64,000 nt of DNA from NCBI GenBank assembly GCA_045106415.1, contig JBGCEP010000035.1, forward strand, positions 1 through 64,000. Reading direction: 5' to 3'. Position numbers and translations under genes: made by a program. The first letter of the stretch is position 1, and the number at the start of each line of letters is the position of its first letter. The stretch comes from Oligoflexales bacterium. GTDB lineage: Bacteria > Bdellovibrionota_B > Oligoflexia > Oligoflexales > Bog-1112. Shown here piece by piece: positions 23,251 to 34,139 of this stretch. The notes under the pieces were generated by a model. That model ran no database searches, had not been told where the DNA came from, and was given only the letters and a program-made list of their open reading frames with translations.

Positions 23251-24229
23251 GATCAGCCTCTTTGACAGCAGCTTCTAAAAAAGGCCAGGGGCTCATATCA
23301 AGATGTTTTAAAATTTCGCAAGAAACAGGAATATATGGGGTGTAATCACCTCTTTTAAGTTGCGTGAGGTAGTAGAAGCTTCCAAGAGCTTTCATAAGCC
23401 TTTGAATAGCAACAGGTCTCCAGGAGTTCAAAATCTCTTTAGAGTGTTCAAAGTGAAGGCAGTTTTCTTCGAGGAGTTGAACGCGTTCATCAAAGTTTTT
23501 AGAAACATAAGGGTCGAAGCAGAGTGAGACAAGATCGTAAGCAGCAGGACCCATTCGTGCATCTTGAAAATCAATCAGAATCCACTCATTCTGACTGGTC
23601 ACCATAATGTTTCGGCTGTGAAAATCTCGGTGAGTGATCACCTGAGGGCTTTGCATGATGTCGTGGCAGAGGCGTTGAGCATCTTCTTTGAAGGATTGCA
23701 GCGGGATAGTGATTTTTGCGTGGCTGTGAAAGAAAAGAAGTTCGTTATAAAAGGTTTCGCTGCTAAAATCTTGATTAGGAGTAGGCGTTGACGTTTGGTT
23801 GATGCGGGAGCATAGTAGCGAAGCTTGATGATATAATGACCTGAAGTCTGTTGGATTTTCTTCAAGTTGTTTTGAAAGGGTTGTGTCCCCACAGTCTTCA
23901 ACCAGTAAGCATGCGCTATCGTGTAGAACCGAGTGAATCTTGGGGGTTCGGATACCAGATTGCCGGAAACTTTCACAGAGAGTAACCCATGTGTGCTCTT
24001 TGAGTTTGAGTTGCTCTTTTTCTTCTTCTGGTAGCACCATAAGAACTTGACTGGGGAGTGTGTGTGAGAGCCGATAAAATTGACGACCTGAGCCGTCTCC
24101 AGCAATTTTACTAATATGCTGTCTATCGAGGCAGACGCTTTGCCGGATTTCAGTAATAATTGAAGGAAGGTATGCTTGGTGTTTGTTCAAATTTAAGGTT
24201 GAATTTGTTAAGGTTTCGGACCCGGGCAT
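23243..24229 (-). CDS. amgK: Anomeric MurNAc/GlcNAc kinase, AmgK-like (APH-fold phosphotransferase)
   Basis: IAGDGSGRQFYRL, HRDFHSRNIM, IDFQDARMGP..YDLVSL. Confidence 0.8.
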   Translation of the reverse strand: MPGSETLTNSTLNLNKHQAYLPSIITEIRQSVCLDRQHISKIAGDGSGRQFYRLSHTLPSQVLMVLPEEEKEQLKLKEHTWVTLCESFRQSGIRTPKIHSVLHDSACLLVEDCGDTTLSKQLEENPTDFRSLYHQASLLCSRINQTSTPTPNQDFSSETFYNELLFFHSHAKITIPLQSFKEDAQRLCHDIMQSPQVITHRDFHSRNIMVTSQNEWILIDFQDARMGPAAYDLVSLCFDPYVSKNFDERVQLLEENCLHFEHSKEILNSWRPVAIQRLMKALGSFYYLTQLKRGDYTPYIPVSCEILKHLDMSPWPFLEAAVKEADHA

Positions 24230-24279
24230 GGGTGATCCCCTTCCTGTGGTTCTTGAGGTTGAGATGAGGTCAGACGAAC

Positions 24280-25173
24280 GTGGGTAAATTAATTCCAGCG
24301 CCAGAGCGATCCCCAGCTACTGTATCACCTCTCCAAAGGTATTTGAAAGAGATCTCTAGGTATGATCTTTTGGAGCCAGAAGAAGAATTGAAATTGGCGA
24401 CAGAGCATTATGAGGCTGGAGATGTAGATGCGGCACATCGTTTAATTACTGCAAATCTCCGACTTGTTGTGAAAATTGCGAATGATTTTAGTAGAACTCA
24501 AGCCCATATGATGGACCTGATCCAAGAGGGGAATTATGGTTTGATGCAAGCTGTTAAAAAGTTTAATCCGTACAAAGGCGTTAAACTTTCAAGTTATGCA
24601 GCTTGGTGGATCAAGGCTTATATATTGAAGTACCTCATGGACAATAGAGGGCAAGTGCGTATTGCAACCACTGCTAATCAAAGAAAGGTTTTCTACAACC
24701 TACAAAAAGAGACGCAAAAACTGCTAGAAGAATATGACACTGCTGACACAAGGCTTTTGGCTGCTCGCATGGATGTTCCAGAAGAAGATGTGATTGAAAT
24801 GCAGATGAGGCTTGGAGGTGGAGAAGTTTCTTTGGATGAGCAAGTCTCCTTTGGTGATCAAGGTTCTTCGGTGTCACGTGGTGAACGCATGGCAGATGAG
24901 AATCTTCCAAGTCTTGAAGATTGGGTAGCTCAAAAAGAATTGCAAGAACTGTTCTTTGTTCATATTGAAGAATTTAGAAAAACTCTTTCAGAGCGTGATG
25001 CAGATATTTTTGCAAATAGATTACTGAGCGATGAGCCACAGACTTTACAAGAAATAGGAAACCGTTACAGTGTGTCACGAGAAAGAGCGCGGCAGCTAGA
25101 GGTTCGTATTATGAAAAATTTTAGACAGTTTGTAGAAGATAAAGGTGTTTTAGATCCTCAGGAAGGCTTATGA
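24280..25173 (+). CDS. RNA polymerase sigma factor, RpoH/sigma32-like
   Basis: NLRLVVKIA, DLIQEGNYGLM, YAAWWIKAYI, RpoH-box-like QRKVFYNL, region 4 TLQEIG..SRERARQLE. Confidence 0.9.
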   Translation: MGKLIPAPERSPATVSPLQRYLKEISRYDLLEPEEELKLATEHYEAGDVDAAHRLITANLRLVVKIANDFSRTQAHMMDLIQEGNYGLMQAVKKFNPYKGVKLSSYAAWWIKAYILKYLMDNRGQVRIATTANQRKVFYNLQKETQKLLEEYDTADTRLLAARMDVPEEDVIEMQMRLGGGEVSLDEQVSFGDQGSSVSRGERMADENLPSLEDWVAQKELQELFFVHIEEFRKTLSERDADIFANRLLSDEPQTLQEIGNRYSVSRERARQLEVRIMKNFRQFVEDKGVLDPQEGL

Positions 25174-25754
25174 AGTGGGAAGTGAAATCAAAAGAAGTTG
25201 TTCTTGATACGATTCCTTTTCAAGTCGAAAAACTTTATCTTTCTAAGGATCAAGAAGAGATCCCAGAACCATACCATCGTTTATTAGCACCAGATTGGGT
25301 GAATGTTTTAGCGATAACAACAGATGGGCAAGCGGTACTGATTCGACAATATCGTGCAGGTGTCCATGACTATTGCTTGGAGACACCCGGAGGCTGTGTT
25401 GATAAGAATGATGCTGGGGCGTTCAAGCAAGCTGCTTGTCGTGAGCTAGAAGAAGAAACGGGCTATCGGGTTGGAATCGAAAATTTAGAACTATTGGGTG
25501 CCGTGTCACCAAATCCCGCTATTCAAGATAATCGTATTCATTTTTACATGGCTCAAAATGTGTATCTCCCGAAAAAAAGAGTTCATTTTCCAGATGAAAA
25601 TGAAGATATTGAAGTTGTGTTGATGCCATTGGAAGAATTGTACCAGAGCATTGTAAACGGCCGAATGCAGCATGGTTTATGTACACTGTGTGTATTCATG
25701 GGTATTGAGCGATTATTTCCGCGGGGTAAATTTTTTAAAAAACAGAGTATCTAG
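25170..25754 (+). CDS. NUDIX hydrolase (ADP-ribose pyrophosphatase-like)
   Basis: LIRQYR, PGG...AACRELEEETGY Nudix box. Confidence 0.88.
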   Translation: MKWEVKSKEVVLDTIPFQVEKLYLSKDQEEIPEPYHRLLAPDWVNVLAITTDGQAVLIRQYRAGVHDYCLETPGGCVDKNDAGAFKQAACRELEEETGYRVGIENLELLGAVSPNPAIQDNRIHFYMAQNVYLPKKRVHFPDENEDIEVVLMPLEELYQSIVNGRMQHGLCTLCVFMGIERLFPRGKFFKKQSI

Positions 25755-25785
25755 TAGATTTTTAATGATTTTATAAGGTGTTGCG

Positions 25786-25814
25786 TTGACATCGTATGAG
25801 ACATGAATGATCAT
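25786..25814 (+). promoter_or_regulatory. Possible sigma70 promoter for the methyltransferase-glycosyltransferase genes
   Basis: TTGACA-N17-GATCAT in the intergenic region. Confidence 0.4.
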
Positions 25815-25867
25815 TTAGGTGCTTGATCTTATAGAAAGTCACTGAAAGTCCATACATCATTGCTGCT

Positions 25868-26839
25868 ATGGAAGTCATGAGAACAGGAGCGATTTTGTTT
25901 CGCAGTCAGTATCTTAAAATGAAAGCATATATCCGTCTTCGCCTTCAGATGTGGCTCGGACTTAACCAAGTACAACAGAGTTTAACTCGTCACGAAAAAG
26001 ACCTTAATGTGGTGCAGCTTCTACATAAAAGTTGGGAGCAAGAAAGCGTTGGGATGCGTTTGGAATCGCTTGAAGTAAAAATTAATCAAGCTTTAGCTTC
26101 TAAACGTTTAGGTTCATCAGCGATACAACACCAAGATCGATCAAAAGTGGATTGGGATCATTTATACGATCGCTTTGAAAGCTATTTTCGTGGAGGGGTG
26201 GATCTGGTTTTAGAGCGTATCCGAGAACGCTATGCTGGCCGCTTGAGCCAGCTAGCTTCACAGTGGGAACGGCCAGTATTTTTAGATTTAGGCTGTGGTC
26301 GTGCTGAACTACTGGATGTTGCAAAAGGGTGTGGGTATGAAACGCGAGGTGTTGACTTATCGCGAGTGGCTGCGCAACAAGCAAAAGAAAAAGGTCATCA
26401 GGTTGTTGATGGAGATCTTTTGGAAGAGCTCCGCCGTATGCCTGAAAATAGTGCTCATGTTATTGGGTTTTTGCATGTGATAGAGCATTGTGAACCGAAG
26501 TATATTGCAGAAGTTTTTCATGAAGTTGAGCGAGTTGCTGTTGATGATGGTGTTTTTATCGTAGAAACGCCTTCGTTATTTTCGATTTGGGCTGGTATGC
26601 GACAGTTTTATTTGGACCCAACACATGTGAGGCCGGTCCACCCTGAGTATATCCTTTTTTTAGGTAGAGAATTTGGCTTTGTGCATGGCGAGCTTTTAGA
26701 GTTTGCAGATGTTGAACACCCACAGCGACCACAATTTGGTGGCGATACTGCCCTTGAGAAAAAACTTCAAAAAATGGAATCTTGGATGTTTGGACATATG
26801 GATATGACGTGCTGGATGAGTAAAACGTCGCTTCCTTAG
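25868..26839 (+). CDS. Class I SAM-dependent methyltransferase, surface-glycan associated
   Basis: LDLGCGRAE, HVIEH, FYLDPTHVRP; N-terminal coiled coil; next to a GT4 gene; exact start uncertain. Confidence 0.85.
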   Translation: MEVMRTGAILFRSQYLKMKAYIRLRLQMWLGLNQVQQSLTRHEKDLNVVQLLHKSWEQESVGMRLESLEVKINQALASKRLGSSAIQHQDRSKVDWDHLYDRFESYFRGGVDLVLERIRERYAGRLSQLASQWERPVFLDLGCGRAELLDVAKGCGYETRGVDLSRVAAQQAKEKGHQVVDGDLLEELRRMPENSAHVIGFLHVIEHCEPKYIAEVFHEVERVAVDDGVFIVETPSLFSIWAGMRQFYLDPTHVRPVHPEYILFLGREFGFVHGELLEFADVEHPQRPQFGGDTALEKKLQKMESWMFGHMDMTCWMSKTSLP

Positions 26840-26852
26840 CGTTGAGAGTATT

Positions 26853-28049
26853 ATGAAAATTGCGTTTGTAGTCCAAAGATACGGTGAAGATGTTTTGGGC
26901 GGAGCTGAAAATCAAGCGCGTTTTGTAGCGGAAAGGCTCGTCCGACAAGGCTTAGATGTCACGGTACTCACAACCACATCGAAGGACCACTTGAAGTGGG
27001 ATGATTTTTTTCCGGCAGGGCATTCTACTTTGAACGGTGTGAAAATCCAGAGATTCTTGGTCACAAAACGTAAACAATTCTTTTTTAAGTTATATCACCA
27101 TGGTGTCAGATTTTTTTTGAAAAGGCACCGATTTTTCGATGGTTTCAAGCCTCTCGTACAGGCTATAGATGCTCTGTGGTTTGTTTTGCAGGGGCCTGTG
27201 ATGCAAGGTTTGTCGCCAATTCTTAAAGATTATGATTGTTTATTTTTCTTTACTTATCTCTATGCGCCGACTGTTTTTGGCTTGCCTCAAGTTTATGAAA
27301 AAGCAGTATTAGTACCTGAAGCTCATGATGAAGACCCATTTTATTTTCCTTCTATCGCATCTCTTTTTCAGTATAGTAAATATGTTTTTTTTAATACAAA
27401 TGCAGAACGAGATTTAGCTACAGGGTGCGGATATCTTTTTTCTTCACAATCCTGGGTCGTGGGATGTGGTGTTGATATTGAGGAGCGATGTTTGCAAACT
27501 TCTGTGAAGCCAGGGCAAAAAAGATCTCGTAAATTTTTGCTTTTTATGGGGCGCTTTGACGAAAAAAAAGGGGTTTCAAAACTTTTATCTTTTTATCAAT
27601 CTTACCGAGATCTGGCTAACGACCCGTTGGACTTAGTGATGATAGGGGATGGTGTTGAAAAGTTAGGTCATGAGATTCCGGGCGTTAAAACTCTTGGGTT
27701 TGTGTCTGCGGAAACTAGAAATGGTTTGCTCGCTGAAGCTCAAGCGGTTGTGAGCTTCTCTCAGCAGGAAAGTTTGTCGCTTGTTGTGTTAGAAGCTTTA
27801 TCAGTGGGAACGCCTGTTCTGTTGGGTGCGACCTGTCAGGTATTTGAAGACTACTCTAAACAGGTTCCTCTTGTGCGCCTTTGCAGAACAGCTGACATTT
27901 TTTGCGCAGAGGTACAAGGCCTTCATAGTTCTTTTTCGAAGGAACAAATTCTCTTTTCTCAAGAGTGGGTTCAAAAAAACTATGGCTGGAATCGAGTTTT
28001 AGAAATGTATAAAACTTTAGCGAAGCACTGTATGAATGTTGCCGGATAA
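26853..28049 (+). CDS. Glycosyltransferase family 4
   Basis: MKIAFVVQRYG..GGAE, FMGRFDEKKG, ESLSLVVLEA. Confidence 0.9.
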   Translation: MKIAFVVQRYGEDVLGGAENQARFVAERLVRQGLDVTVLTTTSKDHLKWDDFFPAGHSTLNGVKIQRFLVTKRKQFFFKLYHHGVRFFLKRHRFFDGFKPLVQAIDALWFVLQGPVMQGLSPILKDYDCLFFFTYLYAPTVFGLPQVYEKAVLVPEAHDEDPFYFPSIASLFQYSKYVFFNTNAERDLATGCGYLFSSQSWVVGCGVDIEERCLQTSVKPGQKRSRKFLLFMGRFDEKKGVSKLLSFYQSYRDLANDPLDLVMIGDGVEKLGHEIPGVKTLGFVSAETRNGLLAEAQAVVSFSQQESLSLVVLEALSVGTPVLLGATCQVFEDYSKQVPLVRLCRTADIFCAEVQGLHSSFSKEQILFSQEWVQKNYGWNRVLEMYKTLAKHCMNVAG

Positions 28050-28079
28050 AGATTTGAAAATCTGAGCTATGATGCAGCT

Positions 28080-28838
28080 ATGAAGACTTTAAAGATTCAA
28101 TCTTATGGCCTTACCGACACAGGAACTGTTCGATCTTCGAATCAGGATGCGTTCTGTTGTGATGAAGCGGCTTTGTTATTTGGTGTTGCTGATGGAATGG
28201 GCGGGCACCGAGGTGGTGAAGTTGCGAGTCATCTATCTTTAAAGGCGATTTCCGATTTTTTACAACCTTATCAAAATGCGCCTAAAGAGAATTGGTCTCA
28301 TCTTATGCGCACTTCTGTGCAGATAGCTTGCAGAGAAGTTTATGATCGTTCGCTAGAAGAAATTTCTTTATTTGGGATGGGAACAACAGCGACGATTATG
28401 AAGATTTTTGATTCTCATGCGTGTATTGCGCATGTTGGTGATTCACGTTTGCACCTTGTGCGAGCAGGATTTTTATATCAAATCACAAAAGATCACTCTC
28501 TTGTGCAGGAGCAAGTCGATGCCGGTTTATTGACTCAAGAAGAAGCGTCTCATCATAGATTGAGGCATGTTGTGAGTCGATGTGTAGGGTATCAGCCAGA
28601 TGAATTAGTTGATGTATATACACTGAAACTTGAAAACTCTGACAGAATTCTCATCACAAGTGATGGTTTGCATCAGTATGTCAGCGATGAATTTATAATT
28701 GATATGGTACAAAGTTCTCCGAAAGAGGCGTGTCAAAAAAGTATATCGAGAGCGACAGAGGCGGGGAGTGATGATAATATGACGGCGGTCGTCGTCGCTT
28801 TTGATCGTGAAATACCTGAAAAAAAGAGGGCAGTGTGA
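28080..28838 (+). CDS. PP2C-family Ser/Thr protein phosphatase (Stp1/PrpC-like)
   Basis: RSSNQD, VADGMGGH, HVGDSR, SDGL, DDNMT. Confidence 0.93.
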   Translation: MKTLKIQSYGLTDTGTVRSSNQDAFCCDEAALLFGVADGMGGHRGGEVASHLSLKAISDFLQPYQNAPKENWSHLMRTSVQIACREVYDRSLEEISLFGMGTTATIMKIFDSHACIAHVGDSRLHLVRAGFLYQITKDHSLVQEQVDAGLLTQEEASHHRLRHVVSRCVGYQPDELVDVYTLKLENSDRILITSDGLHQYVSDEFIIDMVQSSPKEACQKSISRATEAGSDDNMTAVVVAFDREIPEKKRAV

Positions 28839-29797
28839 GACGAACAACAATTATGATTGTGCCGAGTGGTTATCACAAGGTCTTGCAATTCTCGATTCCG
28901 CAATTTTATTTTAAATTACTATCGCCTCTTTTGTTGTTCTTAGGTTTTTTGATTGGTGGTGGTTTTGCCGATTATCTACGCCTTCGAGAAGTTCAGTCAT
29001 CATTTAATAGTTTGCAGGTCGAGAATAGAGATTTAAAGGGCGAGGCCAAAATGTTGGTGTCGCGCCTGAAAACTGTAAAATTAGATCTTGCTAAAATTCA
29101 AGATTATACTGAAAAACTTAGTGAAATGATGTCGCTGCCGGTGAATCAGGTGAGTCAAAAAACAGGCATAGGGCCTCTGGTGCAAGAAGATTATCATATG
29201 ACCCCATCGGGAGTTGATGTCATGAGGATGCCAGCTGCCTTAAAGGTGGATGAATTGAAGTTTCGGAATTTATTTGATGAATTAAACGATCTAGGGAGAG
29301 AATCTTCCTTACAGGCGATGAGTCTGCAAAAGTTAATGTCGACGTTGACGACAAAGCGGTCCTTGTTAAATCATATTCCGACGATGGCGCCTGTGAAAGG
29401 TTGGGTTGCCAGTCGCTTTGGCATGAGAACATCCCCATTTACAGGGCGGCAAACGATGCATAAAGGGATGGATATTGCTGCAAATATAGGAACCCCAATT
29501 CGGGCTCCAGCTGATGGTGTTGTCGTTTTTTCTGGAAAAAAATCAGGCTTTGGTAATTTTGTTGTGATTGCTCATGAATTTGGTGTGGTGAGCCGTTATG
29601 GGCATAATGCTCAAAACACTGTGCGTGCTGGCCAACGAGTTCGAAGAGGTGAGCAAATTGCAACAGTTGGAATGACAGGAAGAACCACAGGGCCTCACCT
29701 GCACTATGAAGTTTGGGTGAATAGTCAGCCAGTCAATCCAAATCGTTTCATTTTTAATTCAGATCATCCACTTCTAGCATTTCGTTCAGATCTTTAA
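28835..29797 (+). CDS. M23 family metallopeptidase
   Basis: HKGMD, YGH, TGPHLHYEV; N-terminal TM and coiled coil; upstream of secA. Confidence 0.93.
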   Translation: MRRTTIMIVPSGYHKVLQFSIPQFYFKLLSPLLLFLGFLIGGGFADYLRLREVQSSFNSLQVENRDLKGEAKMLVSRLKTVKLDLAKIQDYTEKLSEMMSLPVNQVSQKTGIGPLVQEDYHMTPSGVDVMRMPAALKVDELKFRNLFDELNDLGRESSLQAMSLQKLMSTLTTKRSLLNHIPTMAPVKGWVASRFGMRTSPFTGRQTMHKGMDIAANIGTPIRAPADGVVVFSGKKSGFGNFVVIAHEFGVVSRYGHNAQNTVRAGQRVRRGEQIATVGMTGRTTGPHLHYEVWVNSQPVNPNRFIFNSDHPLLAFRSDL

Positions 29798-29909
29798 ATG
29801 TTAATGTTGCTGGTTTTGTAAGCCTTCTCGGCGTAGAATGGGTGCGTCTCCAAATCAATTGAAGAAAATCAATGATTTGTGAGATGAGTCGCACAATGGA
29901 GAAAATACG

Positions 29910-32516
29910 ATGAAGATTTTGACAAAAATATTTGGGACACGCAACGATAAGACAATTAAAAGTTTGCAGCCTATTGTTGCGAAAATTAATTCCTTAGAGC
30001 CTCGTTTTCAAGCTATGACAGATGAAGAACTTAGAGGGTGTACAGCGGACTATCGTCGTCGCTTTGAAGGAGGTGAGTCATTAGATCTTATCCTTCCGGA
30101 AGCGTTTGCAACATGCCGAGAAGCTTCTCAGAGAGCTTTGGGGCAGAGGCATTATGATGTCCAACTCCTTGGTGGAATTGTGTTGCACCAAGGCCGTATT
30201 GCAGAAATGAAAACCGGTGAAGGGAAGACTCTTACAGCAACGCTTCCTGCTTATTTACATGGTTTGAGTGGGCAAGGTGCGCATGTTGTTACAGTAAATG
30301 AATATCTTGCAACTCGAGACGCAGAGTGGATGGGGAAAGTTTTTGAATTTCTCGGTTTAACGACTGGAGTGATTTGCAATGGCGCTTCACCTGAAGAAAG
30401 GCGAGACGCTTATGCTGCGGATGTTACTTACGGCACGAATAATGAATTTGGGTTTGATTATTTGCGCGATAACATGGCTGCAGAAAGAGAGAGACTAGTG
30501 CAACGAGGGCATAGTTTTGCCATTGTTGATGAAGTTGATTCTATTTTAATTGATGAAGCTCGAACTCCCCTTATTATTTCAGGGCCTGCTGAGACACAAA
30601 CAGAGCGTTACGGAGTTGTTAATACTGCAATTGCAGGTGTCCAAAAAGATAGTGATTATGTTGTTGATGAAAAAAGCCGTAATGTCAGCCTTACAGAAGA
30701 CGGTGTTGCTAAAATGGAGAAACGGCTACGTATTCATAATTTATACGAGCCAGAGCATGTAGAGTGGTTACATCATATTCAGCAAGCCTTAAAAGCGCAT
30801 GTTTTATTCAAAAAAGATGTTGATTATGTTGTTCGTGATAATCAAGTCATTATTGTTGATGAGTTTACGGGTCGTTTGATGGCAGGTCGCCGTTATAGTG
30901 ATGGGTTGCATGGAGCTCTTGAAGCCAAAGAACATGTTCCGATTCAGCGAGAGACACAAACTCTTGCAACGATTACATTCCAAAACTATTTCAGACTTTA
31001 TCAAACTTTGTCTGGCATGACAGGAACAGCAGACACAGAGGCTGTTGAATTTAAGAAAATTTATAATCTTGACGTTGTTGTGATGCCAACCAACAGGCCT
31101 CTTGTTCGTGAAGATCTTGAAGATGTGATTTATCGAACAGCAAGAGAAAAGTATGAGGCAATCGCAGCTGAAATTCAAAAAGCTCAAGCGAAAGGCCAGC
31201 CTGTTTTGGTAGGGACAGCATCTGTTGAGCGCTCTGAATTATTATCACGTTTGTTGAATCAGCTAAAAGTTCCTCATGAAGTTTTGAATGCAAAACAGCA
31301 CGCAAGAGAAGCGGGTATTATTGCGACGGCTGGCCATAAAGGCCGAGTAACTATTGCAACGAATATGGCAGGCCGAGGAACGGATATTGGACTTGGTGAT
31401 GGTGTTAGAGAGCTTGGGGGACTTTATGTTGTTGCGACTGAGAGAAATGAATCTCGTCGTATTGATAATCAATTGCGAGGTCGCTCAGGCCGTCAAGGAG
31501 ACCCAGGGAAATCACAATTTTTCTTGTCCTTAGAAGATGACCTTATGCGAATTTTTGCATCTGATCGTATGTCGGCCATTATGAGCCGTTTAGGAATGGA
31601 AGAAGGTGAGGCTATTGTCGCTCCGATGGTGACGCGTGCTATCGAACGCGCACAAAAACGAGTTGAAGAGCAAAATTTCTCAAGTCGTAAAAATGTTCTG
31701 GAATATGATGACGTTATGAGTCAACAGCGACAGGTTGTTTATACGTCGCGGCGCAAAGCTCTCTACGGAGAGAAGAGTGTCGACTTTATGGAAGATTGTC
31801 TTCATCGTATGTTTCATACTCTTGTGTCTCACTTTTCTCCAGAGAATGCAGACACTCTAGGGTGGGATCTTCAAGGTGTCGAGAACGAAGTTAAAAAAGA
31901 ATTAGGTATTTCGGTTTCTTTAAAAGAGTCTTTAGATGAGCAAAACTGTGGAATGGATCAAATTTTAGATGCTCTACAAGATCAGGTGATGACTCATTAT
32001 GAAAAGAAATGTTCTGCTTTAACGAATGAGCAGTTAGCCGAATTAGAAGCTTTCTTATTCTTACAGATTGTTGACTCGAATTGGAAAGATCATCTTTTAA
32101 GCATGGATGCTTTAAAAGATTCTGTGAGTTTGAGAGGGTATGGCCAAAGAGATCCTTTACAAGAGTATAAAAAAGAAGCTTTCAACCTGTTTACTGGCAT
32201 GATGCATCAAATCGAAGAACAAACATGTTTAACGCTTATCAAAATGCCGACGCCAACATTAAAGAGTGTAGAAGAAGCTGAGCTGAATCAGCGGGATATT
32301 GACATGGAAGAGCTTGATTATCAGCATCCAACTGCAGAATTGCCGCAAAATTCCGATGATGACAATATGGTCTATCACGGTAGCCAAGTATCGAACCGTG
32401 AAAAACCACGAGCTCAAACGATTCGTAGAGATCATGAGAAGGTTGGGCGAAATGATCCTTGCCCGTGTGGCTCGGGTAAGAAGTTTAAAAAGTGTCATGG
32501 AATTAATACAAAATAA
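29910..32516 (+). CDS. secA: Preprotein translocase ATPase SecA
   Basis: [31 protein letters not shown]-terminal [19 protein letters not shown]. Confidence 0.99.
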   Translation: MKILTKIFGTRNDKTIKSLQPIVAKINSLEPRFQAMTDEELRGCTADYRRRFEGGESLDLILPEAFATCREASQRALGQRHYDVQLLGGIVLHQGRIAEMKTGEGKTLTATLPAYLHGLSGQGAHVVTVNEYLATRDAEWMGKVFEFLGLTTGVICNGASPEERRDAYAADVTYGTNNEFGFDYLRDNMAAERERLVQRGHSFAIVDEVDSILIDEARTPLIISGPAETQTERYGVVNTAIAGVQKDSDYVVDEKSRNVSLTEDGVAKMEKRLRIHNLYEPEHVEWLHHIQQALKAHVLFKKDVDYVVRDNQVIIVDEFTGRLMAGRRYSDGLHGALEAKEHVPIQRETQTLATITFQNYFRLYQTLSGMTGTADTEAVEFKKIYNLDVVVMPTNRPLVREDLEDVIYRTAREKYEAIAAEIQKAQAKGQPVLVGTASVERSELLSRLLNQLKVPHEVLNAKQHAREAGIIATAGHKGRVTIATNMAGRGTDIGLGDGVRELGGLYVVATERNESRRIDNQLRGRSGRQGDPGKSQFFLSLEDDLMRIFASDRMSAIMSRLGMEEGEAIVAPMVTRAIERAQKRVEEQNFSSRKNVLEYDDVMSQQRQVVYTSRRKALYGEKSVDFMEDCLHRMFHTLVSHFSPENADTLGWDLQGVENEVKKELGISVSLKESLDEQNCGMDQILDALQDQVMTHYEKKCSALTNEQLAELEAFLFLQIVDSNWKDHLLSMDALKDSVSLRGYGQRDPLQEYKKEAFNLFTGMMHQIEEQTCLTLIKMPTPTLKSVEEAELNQRDIDMEELDYQHPTAELPQNSDDDNMVYHGSQVSNREKPRAQTIRRDHEKVGRNDPCPCGSGKKFKKCHGINTK

Positions 32517-32525
32517 GGTGAGTTC

Positions 32526-32843
32526 ATGGGGAAGCTGCAAGAATATGAGATGCGCTCAAAAGATATTGTTCTTGAAAGAATAGTGAGTCAGCTAGAGCAC
32601 CGATTGTTAAAAGCTTCTCATGACCCTGATACAGCCTTAATGCCAAAAGAGAAATCTGAGCAAAATACCCCTATGATAGAAGAAATCGCTGATACCAGAG
32701 AGCCTGTGTCTCGTCCGGTATCAGCGATTACTCCACCTAAAAGTCCGTTAGAAGAGAGCTCACGGTTGTGGAGTCTTTTTTCGATCGTTGCGGGCATTGT
32801 GGGTGGGTGGTTTGTGTGGTACGCAGCCAACCACTTTGTTTAA
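32526..32843 (+). CDS. Hypothetical protein with C-terminal TM anchor
   Basis: AAGGTGAG RBS; fills the gap between secA and convergent rph; single hydrophobic C-terminal helix. Confidence 0.6.
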   Translation: MGKLQEYEMRSKDIVLERIVSQLEHRLLKASHDPDTALMPKEKSEQNTPMIEEIADTREPVSRPVSAITPPKSPLEESSRLWSLFSIVAGIVGGWFVWYAANHFV

Positions 32844-33580
32844 CTCTCTACACACTCGCCATCTGCAGCAAGTTGTTGAAGTTCGTAGATAGGTTCAAGC
32901 GCACCACCTGCAGCATCAATGATTTGGCTAACTTGTTCTTTATTAAAAACAGCGCCTTCACCAGTCCCTTGAATTTCCATGAGAGCCATCCCTGGACACA
33001 TGACGATATTCATATCAAGGTCTGCTTCACTGTCTTCAGTGTAGTCAGGATCGACGCGGAGTTCTCCATTTTTCAATGCAACCCCTACGGCGGCAACCTG
33101 ATTTTTAATTGGGTTGTGCTGAAGTCGTCCTGCTTTCATTAATTTGTCGACTGCGAGCTTTAAAGAAATCCATGCTCCGGTGATAGCTGCTGTGCGAGTT
33201 CCTGCATCAGCTTGTAAAACATCACAGTCGATCATGAAGGTTTTGTCTGGACATAGTGATAAGTCGACAACCCCACGAAGACTTCTTCCGATAAGTCTTT
33301 GAATTTCTTGCGTTCTGCCGCTTGTGTGAGAGCGTTCTCTACGGACTCTTTCAGGGCTTGATCCTGGCAGCATACTGTATTCTGCTGTGAGCCACCCTCG
33401 TGAGTGGCGTTGAGATCTCATCCATCCTGGCACACCGTCATCGACAGATGTGGTGCAAAGAACACGGGTGTCACCCGTTTCGATCAGGACACTACCAGTT
33501 GGATTCGATGTGTAGTGAGGAGTGATTCGAATAGGTCTCATTTCAATAGAAGATCTACCATTTTTTCGCATAATATTCAC
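32840..33580 (-). CDS. rph: Ribonuclease PH
   Basis: GWLTAEYSMLP, GRTQEIQRLIGRSLR, DCDVLQADAGTRTA. Confidence 0.97.
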   Translation of the reverse strand: MNIMRKNGRSSIEMRPIRITPHYTSNPTGSVLIETGDTRVLCTTSVDDGVPGWMRSQRHSRGWLTAEYSMLPGSSPERVRRERSHTSGRTQEIQRLIGRSLRGVVDLSLCPDKTFMIDCDVLQADAGTRTAAITGAWISLKLAVDKLMKAGRLQHNPIKNQVAAVGVALKNGELRVDPDYTEDSEADLDMNIVMCPGMALMEIQGTGEGAVFNKEQVSQIIDAAGGALEPIYELQQLAADGECVES

Positions 33581-33707
33581 CTTGAACTGACGGTCGTTAC
33601 AGCGTTAGCGGACACCATAACGAATGGATTCTCTTGTGTCTAGAATTTGTCATCGTTTCATAACTTCAGCGCTATTATAAGCTTTACCATCACCATGAAT
33701 TTTCGTA

Positions 33708-34139
33708 TTAGGAGCGATAAAAATGATATTTTCTTTGCTCTCCGTGGTTAGCGAGGTCTATTTTTAAAATATGAGTTGGTGGGATGAAGTCGTCGCTCTT
33801 ATTTGGCGGCCATTCAAGAAAAATTCCATTAAATTTTCTGTCAAGGACCCACTCAAGGTCATCTTGAAACCCGTCTTCACCAATTCGATATAAGTCCATA
33901 TGTGCAAAAATTTGGTCACCCACAGCATATTCATTAATATATGTGTAGGTTGGCGACTGCACAGGCATTCTGCGATCAAGCCCGAGTTGATAAAGAAGAG
34001 TCCGTGTTATTGTGCTTTTCCCTGCACCTGGTTCACCGTGAAGCCATAAGCAAAACGGGTCAGAAAGTTCTTTTAAAATATTTGTTCCAAGTTCTTCAAG
34101 TGCGCTGGCTGCTTTAGTTTTCTGCCATAGGAGTGTCAT
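33708..34139 (-). CDS. tsaE: tRNA threonylcarbamoyladenosine biosynthesis ATPase
   Basis: LHGEPGAGKS, SPTY, HMDLYR, LEWP; start reassigned to ATG 34139. Confidence 0.9.
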   Translation of the reverse strand: MTLLWQKTKAASALEELGTNILKELSDPFCLWLHGEPGAGKSTITRTLLYQLGLDRRMPVQSPTYTYINEYAVGDQIFAHMDLYRIGEDGFQDDLEWVLDRKFNGIFLEWPPNKSDDFIPPTHILKIDLANHGEQRKYHFYRS

